Of a DNA stretch of 64,000 bases, positions 49,430-59,432 are shown one piece after another. The DNA lies in NCBI GenBank assembly GCA_963755915.1, contig CAVWLP010000002.1:3968001-4032000 (forward strand). The letters run 5' to 3'. The notes beneath the pieces were generated by a model. The model worked only from the letters and a program-made list of their open reading frames with translations, was not told the DNA's origin and made no database searches. The translations under genes were made by a program, and so were the position numbers. The DNA is from an uncultured Phycisphaerales bacterium. Its GTDB lineage: Bacteria; Planctomycetota; Phycisphaerae; Tepidisphaerales; Tepidisphaeraceae. Each line of letters starts with the position of its first letter. Position 1 is the first letter of the stretch.

Positions 49430-52400
49430 TCACCGGCAATTCGTCGAGTGTTTCCTGCGCTGCCGGCGTGACAACGCGGTGACAGTGCCCAGAGCGAGCA
49501 GTCCGATGGATGCCGGTTCCGGCACCGCGGCGATCGTCGGCGCTGGCAGGCCGTTGGCCGCCGCGAAGGCATCCAGCGCGGCCACGTCTGCGGGCGTAAC
49601 CGTCACGGCAGCGCCGCTATCGCCCTGGCCGAAGTTCGCCGCCAAGGCGCTGAAGTCGGAGCCGTTGACCGAACTGCCATACAGGAAGTTCCCCTGGTCC
49701 CAGTTGGTGACGCCGAGGCCGAAGTTGGCGGCCAGGATCGAGAAGTCGGAGCCGTTGACGGTGCCGTCGAGATTGGCGTCGCCGACCAGCGTGTACTTCA
49801 ATTCGATTTCGCCACTGGTGAGGTTTTTCACGGCCCCGGTTTTGTCGTTTCCGTCGGCCCAGCCGATGCTGTAGGTCAAGCCGTTGGTTTTGGTCTGGGC
49901 GGCGGACGAGATGATTCCAGAGGTCCCGTTCCAGGCGCCGTTGTTGAAGCCGGATTTGAGGTAACCCAGGATGGTGGAGACCGGGTCGGTGGCGCCGTAG
50001 TCGATGATCACGTGGTTATTGGAGATGTCCAGAACGCTGTTGGCGGCAATGGTCAGCGAGGAGACGTTGATATTGCTGACGGGATTGGTGGCGGTCCAGC
50101 CGCTGCTGGCAGTCGTGTTGCTCGCAAGCACGACGTTTCCACCGTTGATGGCCAGGCTGCTGGCGGTCAGACCGACGCCGAGGGTCAGGGTGCTGGTGCC
50201 GGTCTTGGTGAATCCGCCGGTGGCGACGATGAGCCCGCCGCCGGTGATGGAGTAATTGCCCGAGCTGTTCACCAGCACTGAGGCGGGGCTGACGGTGCTG
50301 CTGAGGGTCACAAAGTAGTGACCGGCGTTGGTGTCGTTGAAGGTGACGGCATCGCCGTTTGCATAGGTTGTGGCGGCGGAGCCGCTGTTCCAGTTCTTAT
50401 TGTTGTTGATGTCCCAGGTTTGGCCATCATCCGGCGTGCTGGAACCGAGGTTGTCCCAGTAGACCGAGGCCGGTCCGGTGGCGACAACCACCAAGTCGAT
50501 GAATCCGATCTGGGCGGTGGTGCTGAGGGAGTAAGTATCGCCGGCCTGGGTGGGGAGGACGAAATTGGCGAGGGTGGGCGTTCCAAAGGAACCTTCGAAG
50601 AGCTCGTAGTCGCCGGAGGCAGTGGGATTGGTTCCGAAGGCGAGGTGGGTGCCGGAGGCGACGGAGAGGGTTCCACCGCCAAGGATGTCGATGAGATCGC
50701 CGGTGTAAGAGTTGGAGACGACGGGAGCGCCGAGGTCGAAGTCGAAAGTGGTGTTGCTGGTGGTGGTGATGGCGCCGGCGTTGAGGAGGCCGATGGATCC
50801 AACCCCGCCGGGGGCGATGGCGTTAGCGCCGGAGCCGGCGACGACAGTGCCCGTGACGGTTCCGGCCGCGGTGCTGGCGAGCGTTCCGCCGTTGAGGGCG
50901 ACGTTGCCGGTTCCGGTGGCGGAGCCGACGGAGCCATTGCCGGCGGAGAGGGTGCCAGCGTTGACAGTGGTGCCGCCGGAATAGGTGTTGTTACCAGCGA
51001 GGACCCAGGTTCCCGGTCCGGTTTTGTTGACGCTGAGCTTTCCGGTGGCGGAGTCGGTGAGTTGGGCGGAGAGGGTGTTCAGGCCGGTGTTGGTGCCGGT
51101 GAGGGTGAGGGTGCGGTTTTGATTGGTGAAGGTGAGGTTGTCGCCAATGCTGGTGGTGCTGATGTTGTTGTTGATGTAGAAGCCGTTGCTGGAGACGCCG
51201 ACGATCGTTGAATTTGCGGGGAAGGCGCCTAGGGAATCGTTGACGGTCATGCCGATCGCCAGAAGATTCGAGTTGAAACCCGAGGGCAGCGGGATGAAGT
51301 TGAATGGAGGGCCGTTGTCGGGATCCTCCGCGATCGTATCGTTGGTCATCTGCCCCTGCTCGACCTGAGCGATCGCGCCGGTGTTGGTGAAATCAACAGC
51401 GCCGGTGCCGGAGGCGTCGAGCGTGGCGCCAACGGGAGTCATGGTGAAAAGGCGATCGGTGGTAGATCCGGCGCCGGTGTATTGGAGGACACCCCCGCTG
51501 ATGACGAGGTTGGCGGCGGAGTTTGAGGCGGAGCCGATTCCGCTGCCGGTCATGGCGCCGCCGTTGGCCAGTTGGTTGACGGAGAGGGTCGTGGTTTCAA
51601 AAGCGCCCTGGGGCGCGGTGAAATCGTTGTTGGCGGCGCGGGTTTGATCGGTGAGGACGTAAACACCCTGGATGGTGGTGACGCCGCCGTAATTGTTGGA
51701 GCCCTCAAGCTGGACGGCTCCGCCGTTGGTGACGACCAGTGCGTTGCCGGCGCCCGCGATCGCATTGCCACCGGAATTGGGGATCGTGAGTGTGCCACCG
51801 CCGCCAAGGCGATAGGTGCTGTTGGCGGGGGTAATGGTTCCGGTGTAAGTGACGCCGGCATTGTCGGAGCCGACGCTCATGCTGGCGAGATTGGCAAGGG
51901 TGCCGGCGGTGAAATTGAGAGTCGCGGCGGCGTCGAGAGTTCCCAGAGCGAGGGCGCCGGTGTTGGCGGTGCTGGAGGCGGCTATGAGTCCGAGGAAGGT
52001 GGAGTCGGTGGTGCCCGCGGTTGCAGCCGCATTTGAGTCGAGTGCGACGGCGCCGCCGGCGTTGACGGTGATAGAGGAGGTTCCCGCGCTGCCGCCGGTC
52101 TGTTTGCCATAGGAGCCGGGGGCGGCGAATTCGAGCAAACCACCGTCGACGGTGGTCGCGCCGTTGAAGGTGCTGGTGGTTCCGTCTAGGAGAACGACGC
52201 CGGTGCCGTTTTTGGTTAACGGCGCGCTGACGGAAGTATCATCGCTGTAGCTGTTGAAGATGCCCCCGTTGACGACGGTCATGCCGGAACCGTCAAACAC
52301 CCACGTTCTGCTGGGACTGTTAGTGGTAGGTTGGGCATAGATATTTCCGTTGATGGTGAGGGTCTTGCCAGCGGGAAGGAGATTGACGATCTCGCGGTTG

Positions 52401-53539
52401 GTGGTTTGATACACGTACCCGTTGATGGCGAGGGAGTGCTGCCCCTCGATGGTAAGGAACTGTGTGACATCGATGCCGTTGTTGATTTCGATGGAATCGT
52501 TGGCGGATTCGAGGTTATAGCCGAATTCATTGGCCGAGCCACCGAGGCGGACTTCGCCCTGTGATTGGACGGCGGAGCCCGCGGGCTGGATTCCGAAGGC
52601 CTGGTCGTTACCGACGATGACGGTGGCCATGTTGAGCGTGGTGATTCCGGTGTAGGTGCTGGCGCCGTTGAGCTCGATGGTCGGGGTGATGGCCGGATAG
52701 ACGCTGGTCTTGGTGGGGTTGCTGTAACCAAGAGAGACATCGCTGTCGCCGACGGCGCCGTCGGCGATGGCGCCGTTGATGATGGTGGTGCTGCCGGTTA
52801 CGCCGTCGATCGTGAAGGACTGAGCGGTTGCAGAGGCGGCATTGGTAATGGTGATGGGGCCGTTGATCGTCAACGTATTGCTGCCGGACATGAGGTTGGC
52901 GATGGCGGCCGAGATGCCGCTGGCTTGCGAGATGGGGCCATTGAGAATGACGCTGTTGGTGCTGGAGGGGTCGATGGCGAGGCTGGTGAATATTGCGGTT
53001 TGCACAGGGCCGATAGGAGGAACGCTGTTGACAACGCCGGTGGAGTTGAGGTCGTAGTTGCCATCGGACCCGCTACGGCTGTTCAGAGTTTGAGTCGAAA
53101 AGCTGTTTTGATCGAGTTCGATGGGAGCGCTGACGATGTTGGTGCTGCCTGGCGCGCCAAGACTAAAGATGTCGGCATAGGCGCCGGCGGCTGGAGTACC
53201 GCCGTCGAAGACGATTAATCCCCCGCCGCTGTTGCTGTTGCCCACGTCGGTGGTGACCGGACTGCTGGTGGAACCCAGTTTCATGTCGTTCACGTAGTAC
53301 GTGCCGGTGGGGATATCAATCGAAAGATTGGAAGAGAGCGCGACGTTGAGATTGGCGGAATCTCCAGCTCCGACGGCGCCGCTTGGGGAGCCTGTAGGGC
53401 TCCAATCGGCCGTGTTGGTCCAAGTCTGAACTCCACCGCTGAGATCCGTCCAGGTATAGCTGGTGGCAGCGTGAACGGCAGGACCGACAAAAGAGACAGC
53501 CGCGGCGGCGGCTAATACGACTCGCTTCGACTTCCGCAT
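49430..53539 (-). CDS. Large secreted PEP-CTERM protein with autotransporter-associated beta-strand repeats and a dockerin-like domain
   Basis: Signal peptide, repeats like KTGPGTWVLAGNNTYSGGTTVNAGTL, GDANLDGTVNGSDF, VPEP-hydrophobic-RRQRR. Confidence 0.92.
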   Translation of the reverse strand: MRKSKRVVLAAAAAVSFVGPAVHAATSYTWTDLSGGVQTWTNTADWSPTGSPSGAVGAGDSANLNVALSSNLSIDIPTGTYYVNDMKLGSTSSPVTTDVGNSNSGGGLIVFDGGTPAAGAYADIFSLGAPGSTNIVSAPIELDQNSFSTQTLNSRSGSDGNYDLNSTGVVNSVPPIGPVQTAIFTSLAIDPSSTNSVILNGPISQASGISAAIANLMSGSNTLTINGPITITNAASATAQSFTIDGVTGSTTIINGAIADGAVGDSDVSLGYSNPTKTSVYPAITPTIELNGASTYTGITTLNMATVIVGNDQAFGIQPAGSAVQSQGEVRLGGSANEFGYNLESANDSIEINNGIDVTQFLTIEGQHSLAINGYVYQTTNREIVNLLPAGKTLTINGNIYAQPTTNSPSRTWVFDGSGMTVVNGGIFNSYSDDTSVSAPLTKNGTGVVLLDGTTSTFNGATTVDGGLLEFAAPGSYGKQTGGSAGTSSITVNAGGAVALDSNAAATAGTTDSTFLGLIAASSTANTGALALGTLDAAATLNFTAGTLANLASMSVGSDNAGVTYTGTITPANSTYRLGGGGTLTIPNSGGNAIAGAGNALVVTNGGAVQLEGSNNYGGVTTIQGVYVLTDQTRAANNDFTAPQGAFETTTLSVNQLANGGAMTGSGIGSASNSAANLVISGGVLQYTGAGSTTDRLFTMTPVGATLDASGTGAVDFTNTGAIAQVEQGQMTNDTIAEDPDNGPPFNFIPLPSGFNSNLLAIGMTVNDSLGAFPANSTIVGVSSNGFYINNNISTTSIGDNLTFTNQNRTLTLTGTNTGLNTLSAQLTDSATGKLSVNKTGPGTWVLAGNNTYSGGTTVNAGTLSAGNGSVGSATGTGNVALNGGTLASTAAGTVTGTVVAGSGANAIAPGGVGSIGLLNAGAITTTSNTTFDFDLGAPVVSNSYTGDLIDILGGGTLSVASGTHLAFGTNPTASGDYELFEGSFGTPTLANFVLPTQAGDTYSLSTTAQIGFIDLVVVATGPASVYWDNLGSSTPDDGQTWDINNNKNWNSGSAATTYANGDAVTFNDTNAGHYFVTLSSTVSPASVLVNSSGNYSITGGGLIVATGGFTKTGTSTLTLGVGLTASSLAINGGNVVLASNTTASSGWTATNPVSNINVSSLTIAANSVLDISNNHVIIDYGATDPVSTILGYLKSGFNNGAWNGTSGIISSAAQTKTNGLTYSIGWADGNDKTGAVKNLTSGEIELKYTLVGDANLDGTVNGSDFSILAANFGLGVTNWDQGNFLYGSSVNGSDFSALAANFGQGDSGAAVTVTPADVAALDAFAAANGLPAPTIAAVPEPASIGLLALGTVTALSRRQRRKHSTNCR

Positions 53540-53880
53540 GAGAACACCCTCCGGTGAGAAATATTAAATTGGTACAGACTCGATTTAATGGAAACGACAA
53601 CTTTGAATCTCGATTGGAACGCGCAAACGCGAGATGACTGGCACCCCACGTGGTTTGGCAGCGCCCTGAGATGAGAACAAATTGCCCTCTCCACCATCTC
53701 CCGCCTCTCGGATCGATATGCCACACAACTGGCGAACCTGACTCAGTCTGAGTCAAATTGCACGTCGCGTGCACGCCTGTAAATTACCAGATAAACTGAC
53801 GCAGGCGCAATGCGTTTTTGCGTCATACTTTTGCAATTATGCGCAGGGTGGGGAATTGGGTCGTGCTAAACTGTTGATCC

Positions 53881-55861
53881 ATGGACTTATCGGACAATAA
53901 TTCAGGCAAAAATGGGGCACTTAGGCAAAGTGTTCGGGATCTCGCCGGTCACGTTCAAGCGGGGCGGCTGAGCGAGGCGGAGGCGCTTTGCCGCAAGATT
54001 CTTCGCGACTCGCCCCGCGAGGCCGGAATTCATCATCTGCTGGGCGTGCTCAATCACCAGTTGGGCAAAAACGAGGAGGCCCGCAAAGAGTTCGAGAGTG
54101 CGATCGCGCTCAACCCGAATGACGCGGAATACCACAATAATCTGGGCGTGGTGCTGCTGGGGATGGGGAAGGCCCCGCAGGCATTGGCGGCGTGCGCGGG
54201 CGGTAGAGCTTCGAGCGCAGTACCCGGAGGCGTGGAACAACCTTGGCAATGCGATGGCGGCTGCGGGACAGTTGAACGAGGCGATCAGCGCATATGACCG
54301 CGCGATCGAGCAGAGTCCGAAACTGGTGCAGGCGTTCAACAACCGGGGCAACGCGCTCAAGCAAATCGGAAGGCTGGATGATGCGATCGCGGCGTATGGG
54401 CGAGCGACCGCTCAGCAACCGAATTATGCCGAGGCGCACGCGAATCTTGGGATCGCGCTGCAAATGGCGGGACGGCGCGAGGAGGCGATCGCAAGTTATC
54501 GCGCGGCCGTTGCCCTGCGGCCCGGCGATGGGCGCGGGTGGATCCGGCTGGGCAGCGTTTTTTTTGACGCCGGAAAGTTTGCGGACGCGCTGGAGTGCTA
54601 CGGCAAGGCGACTGCGGTTCCCGAAGTGCAGGCGGAAGCTTTTAACGACATCGGACTTGCTCTGCAGAAGATGGGCCGGTTCGCGGAGGCGGTCGAAAGA
54701 CATCGGCATGCTTTGTCGCTGAAGGCGGATTTTCCTGAAGCGCTGACTGGGCTGGGCGCGGCGCTGAGACAGACTGGGCAACTGGATGAAGCCATCGCGT
54801 GTTTTGAGCGGGCCGTGTCGTCGCAGCCACGGAATGCGGACGCGCTGGCTTTCCTTGGGGCGGCAATGCAGGAAAAAGGGAAGCTGGAAGAAGCGACGGC
54901 GCTGCAGCGCCGGGCGATTGCGATACGGCCGGACCATCCGGAGGCGCATCTCAATCTCGCTTTCGTGCTGCTGGCGCAGGGGAAATTCACGGAAGGCTGG
55001 CGGGAATACGAATGGCGCCGGCGGCAAGAGCCCGGCGAGCGGAAATTTCCGTGCCCACAGTGGCAGGGCGAGGACCTGGCGGGGAAGCGAATCCTGATCC
55101 ATGCGGAGCAGGGATTGGGAGATGCGTTGCAGTTTGTGCGATATGTGCCGAGGGTGCGCGAACGTGGCGGGAAGGTAATCCTGGAATGCTACGGGGAATT
55201 AGAGAGATTGTTCGTGCAGGTTCCGGGAGTGGAGGAACGGGTGAAGGCGGGGAGTGCGCTGCCGGAGTTCGATTTGCATTGTCCGATGCTCAGTTTGCCG
55301 CTGGCATTCGGGACAACGGCTGAATCGATTCCATCTGACGTGCCCTATTTGAAAGCGGATCCGGAGTTGTCGCGGCAATGGGCGGCGAAATTGCCGGCGA
55401 TGAAGTCGGTGAAGGTAGGGTTGGCCTGGGCGGGGAGGCGATCGCATTTCAACGACCGGAATCGATCCATTCCAGGGGCGCTTTTCAATCGGCTGGCTGA
55501 CGTCGAGGGGGCGACGTATTTCAGTCTGCAAAAGCGGGAATCAGCGGCAAGCTTTTCGAGCCCGGATTTGCCGATGACCGATTGGACAGGGGAGTTGAAC
55601 GACATGGCTGATACAGCGGCGCTGATGGCGAACCTGGACCTGGTGATCTGCGTGGATACGGCGGTGGCGCACTTGGCGGGGGCGATGGGAAAGCCGTGCT
55701 GGGTGCTCTTGCCGCATCCGGCGGATTTTCGGTGGCTGCTGGATCGGGAAGACAGCCCATGGTATCCGACGCTGCGGCTGTTTCGACAAAGGCGGGCGCG
55801 GGATTGGGAAGAGCCGTTGGGTCGGGTGGTGGAGGAGCTTAGGCTATTTGCGAAGAAATAG
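53881..55861 (+). CDS. TPR-repeat protein with C-terminal glycosyltransferase (GT9-like) domain (frameshift near 54195)
   Basis: Many TPRs; AEQGLGDALQFVRY, VGLAWAG, DLVICVDTAVAHLAGAMG, SPWYP. Confidence 0.9.
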
Positions 55862-57175
55862 AGAGTCGCGCCGGATTGTCAGCAGGGGGATGAGCAGAAG
55901 CAGAATGGCGCTGAGAATATAGACGATTCCGGTGGCGGCGATGGCGTGGCTCATGTTCTGGACGTCGGTGCCGCGGCCGTACTTGGCGATGTAGCCGACG
56001 ACGATGGGGCCTAGGGCGCCGCCGGTCCATCCGATGGTGTTCATGAGGCCCGCGGCCGTGGCGCGGGCGCGGGGGTCTACGACATCGTAGATCGAGGCGA
56101 AGATGTTGGAATCGTACATTCCCTTGCCGAATCCGAAGCAGATCATTGACGTGAGAAGGGTGGCGACATGGGTGGTGATGCCGATGCGGAAGACGAAGAT
56201 GGAGCCGAAGAGCAAACCCAGGGCCTGGACGATCATTCGGCCGGCGAGGAATCGGTGTGAAAGTCGATCGGCGAGGATTCCGCCGATGGGGCAGCCGACG
56301 GCGCAGGCGACGAGGATGAATGCGGTGCCGGAGAGTCCGGCGCTGGCGAGAGTGAAATGGAATTTTTCGACGAGGAAGGTGGGGGTCCAGGCGGCGAAGG
56401 TAGTAGAGACGAAATTGGCGCCGAGGAACGCCAACATCAGCAGGATTGCGGTGGGCTTGGAGAAGATGGTGGCGGCGATTTCGCGGGCCTCGAAGCGAGT
56501 AAGTTCTTTTTCGGCCGGATGGGAGCGGTCCATCTGCCCGCGCTTCGGCTCGCGGAGCCAGGCAAAGAGGACGAAGGAGAGGACGATGCCGGCTCCGCCG
56601 AAGAGGTAGAAGCCCAGTTGCCAGCGATGGTGCTCGGCGATGAGGGCGGTGATCCAGCTTCCCATGATGCTGCCGGCGTAGACGCTGGATTGGTGAAACG
56701 ACATCGCCCGGGAGCGGGTTTTGGCGCCGTGATAGTCGCTGATCATGGACATCGAGGCGGGGAAATAGAACATTTCGCCGAATCCGACGAGGGCGCGGAC
56801 GGTGATGAATTGCCACAGGCGGGAACAAAGCCCGGTGGTCATGGTGACAACGCTCCAGAAGAAGCATCCGCCGAGGATGAGATTTTTTCGCTTGAGCCTG
56901 TCGCCGACAAACCCGGCGACGGGGGAACCTATCGCGTAAACCCACATGAATGCCGAGCCGATGAGGCCGAGCTGGACTTTATCGAAGCCGTAGATCGAGC
57001 TGAGTTTCGGGAAGATCGAAAAAATGGCCTGGCGATCGCCGTTGTTGAGGAAACAGACGAACCAGAGCATGAAGACGACGAGCCATTTGAAGTAACCGGC
57101 GTCGGCGCGGTCGGGCCCAGCGCCGGAAGGTGCTGGGCTGGTGGTTGGGATTGCATCGAGACCTTGAGAAGCCAT
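55844..57175 (-). CDS. MFS transporter (spinster/acid-sugar type)
   Basis: DRQAIFS, GFVGDRLKRK, RALVGFGE; about 12 TM. Confidence 0.93.
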   Translation of the reverse strand: MASQGLDAIPTTSPAPSGAGPDRADAGYFKWLVVFMLWFVCFLNNGDRQAIFSIFPKLSSIYGFDKVQLGLIGSAFMWVYAIGSPVAGFVGDRLKRKNLILGGCFFWSVVTMTTGLCSRLWQFITVRALVGFGEMFYFPASMSMISDYHGAKTRSRAMSFHQSSVYAGSIMGSWITALIAEHHRWQLGFYLFGGAGIVLSFVLFAWLREPKRGQMDRSHPAEKELTRFEAREIAATIFSKPTAILLMLAFLGANFVSTTFAAWTPTFLVEKFHFTLASAGLSGTAFILVACAVGCPIGGILADRLSHRFLAGRMIVQALGLLFGSIFVFRIGITTHVATLLTSMICFGFGKGMYDSNIFASIYDVVDPRARATAAGLMNTIGWTGGALGPIVVGYIAKYGRGTDVQNMSHAIAATGIVYILSAILLLLIPLLTIRRDSLFLRK

Positions 57176-57183
57176 GGGATCTC

Positions 57184-58274
57184 TCAGTTGATGCGCGTCG
57201 GATCAATGACGACGTGGGCGATGCTTTTGCGTTTCCAGGTGTAGGTGATGTGGACGAGGCCATCGGAGGTTTGGATGACGGCGGGATAGGAAAACTGGGC
57301 ATCTTCATTTTCGAGAACGATGACGGGCTTCCAGGTTTTGCCGTCGGGGGAGATGGCGATGTTGAGAGGGGAGCGTTTTGATGAGGAATGGTTGTAGACG
57401 AGGAGGGATCGGCCATCTTTGAGCTGAACGGCGTCGATGCCGCTGTTGGGGTTTGGGAGATCGGTGGGGCTGGGGTCGTCCCAGGTTTTGCCGTTGTCGG
57501 TGGACCAGCCCTGGTAGATGTTTCCCTCGCGGTTTCGGCAGAGGTATTGGATGACGCCCTTGCCGTGATCGAGAAGGGTGGGCTGAATGAGGCGGACGTC
57601 TTTTCCATCGTTGAGGGAATCGGTTTTTGTCCAGGATTGGCCGTTGTCGGTGGAGGTTTCGAAGTGGATTTGAGCGCCGTTGTCTTCGGTGCTGGAGGGG
57701 GAGAGGATTGAGCCGTCGGAGAGGAGGATGGGTTTGTCCTTGGCGGGGCCGATGATTCCATCGGGGAGACGCTTCGGCGCAGACCAGGTGACGCCGTCAT
57801 CGGCGGAGGTGGTCAACATTCCCCACCATTTTCCGGGCTGGGGCCGACTTTGTAGAAAAGGAGGAGGAGGCCGTCTTTGGGCTGGAAGAGGACGGGGTTC
57901 CAGCAGGGAAGGCGGGGAGCGTCTGGTTGAATGCCGGTGGCGACTTCGACGAGGGGGGACCAATGCGAGCCGACAAGGCGGGAGACCCAGATGCCGACAT
58001 CGGGCGCGCGTTCGTGAGTGCCGCCGAAAAATGCGGCGACGAGTTCAGATTTTGGACCGGATTTTGTTTCGACGATCGTGGAGGCGTGGCAGGAGGGGAA
58101 GGGGGCGGTCTTGAAAATGAACTCGGAGAGAAGAACCGCGCTGGACGGCTGCGGAGAAATGCCTGGAGCATCGGGCAGGGTTGTGGGCGGTATTGCTGGC
58201 TTGGTTGTTTGCGCAAAGGCGCAGACTGCGGCCAAGAGTGAAAGAGAGGCGAAGGTAATCAGCAGGTATTTCAT
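57184..58274 (-). CDS. Sialidase-like BNR-repeat protein (frameshift near 57832)
   Basis: Signal peptide, CHASTIVE, WNPVLF, Asp boxes SADDGVTWS / STDNGQSWT / STDNGKTWD, PNPNSG, FSYPAVI. Confidence 0.88.
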
Positions 58275-58485
58275 GTGCGATCCGCGGTGGTTAATGATCG
58301 GGGAGGATGATGTCGGACTCAACTCATTGGGGGGGAGGCGAAATCCTGGTCGAGATTGTCGGCGCGGAGGGTGATCGCTGAAAAGAGAAGAAGGGCGAGT
58401 GCGATAAATCCGGCGTATCTCACGTTTGCCATCCGCCACACTTGAGGGGCCAAGCTGGCTGCAGTGTAACGGGCGGCAAAGGGGG

Positions 58486-58526
58486 ATTCGTTGGCGTTTA
58501 GCGTAATAGTGTTGCGATGTGGCGCA
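58486..58526. promoter_or_regulatory. Conserved 41-bp intergenic motif, three copies (also 61766-61806, 63055-63095)
   Basis: attcgttggcgtttagcgtaatagtgttgcgatgtggcgca; the other copies match 38/41 and 37/41. Function inferred only. Confidence 0.6.
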
Positions 58527-58571
58527 AGCGGGGCATCCCCACGGCAGCGCCGTGGGCGTTCAGGGAGCAAA

Positions 58572-59093
58572 CTAACGGACTGGGTCTGGGATTAGATCGA
58601 GCCAGCGGAGTGCGAGGTCCTGGTCGTGATGATCGGGTTTGGGAGGCTGGTTCGGGACGAAGCGGGCGGCGGCTTGGAGGAGAAGCTGGGCGGCGCGCAT
58701 GCGGTTTTTGTCGGCGGGGTCCTGGAGGAAATCGGCGAGGACGGAGGCGGCCCTGGTGGCGATGGTCTGGCAGCGTTCGACGGCGAAGTCATGGCGATCG
58801 GCGCGGGCGTCGGCGAGAGCCTTCTGGAAAGCGTCGTCCTGAGTTTTCCATCGCCAAAGGGTTTTGCGGTTGAGATCGAGGGCTTTGGCGATCTGCGACC
58901 AACGGGCGCCGGAAAGGGCGAGCTCGATGGCGCGGCACTGGGTGTTGGAGAGCTGGTAATTGGGGTCGATGTCCCCGAATGTCCCGTTTTCCCCCGATTC
59001 TGCGAAATTTTTCGTCTCTTCCGGGGCGGGCTCCCGGGGGGCAGAAGGAATGGGATCATGATCGGGCGAGGTGGGTGCGGGATCCGGGGTCAT
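58572..59093 (-). CDS. HTH-containing hypothetical protein (phBC6A51/terminase-small-subunit-like HTH)
   Basis: LSNTQCRAIELALSG...IAKALDLNRKTLWRWK...DAFQKAL. Confidence 0.65.
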   Translation of the reverse strand: MTPDPAPTSPDHDPIPSAPREPAPEETKNFAESGENGTFGDIDPNYQLSNTQCRAIELALSGARWSQIAKALDLNRKTLWRWKTQDDAFQKALADARADRHDFAVERCQTIATRAASVLADFLQDPADKNRMRAAQLLLQAAARFVPNQPPKPDHHDQDLALRWLDLIPDPVR

Positions 59094-59432
59094 GGGAACT
59101 CCGTGGGGAAGATTGCCGATTGCGGTTCGACTGCGCTCACCGAAGTCCGATTTCCAATTGCCGAATTGGAAGAGGCGCGGGGAAAAAATAGTACGCGTCT
59201 ATATACAGGTCCAAAGGGTGTACGTTTTGTACCTATTTTTGGGAAATCTGGAGATTTTTGGGTTGAGATTTTTGAAGTTCGAAAGAATTTGTAAGGCAGT
59301 GTGGTGGGAGATGACGCGCCGGGCATATCGGGGGTTATGTTATCGCGCGCAGGCCTTCCCCTCTCCCGGCGGAGCGGGGGAGGGGAAGAGGTGAGGGTGC
59401 GGGTGCCCTGGTGGGTGGTTCCGGAGGTTGTT

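Noticed and set aside
2485-58274. Many split genes as pseudogenes or programmed frameshifts
   Set aside because: They are single-base shifts, often in homopolymers, affect housekeeping genes such as fmt and hemW, and lack accompanying nonsense decay. Long-read indel error is the simpler explanation, though it cannot be proven without reads.
58572-59093. Prophage (terminase small subunit)
   Set aside because: No other phage genes nearby; only an HTH resemblance.
59318-59345. Another dif-like site (gccgggcatat-cggggg-ttatgttatcg)
   Set aside because: Only the TTATGTTA half resembles a XerD arm; single copy with no supporting context.
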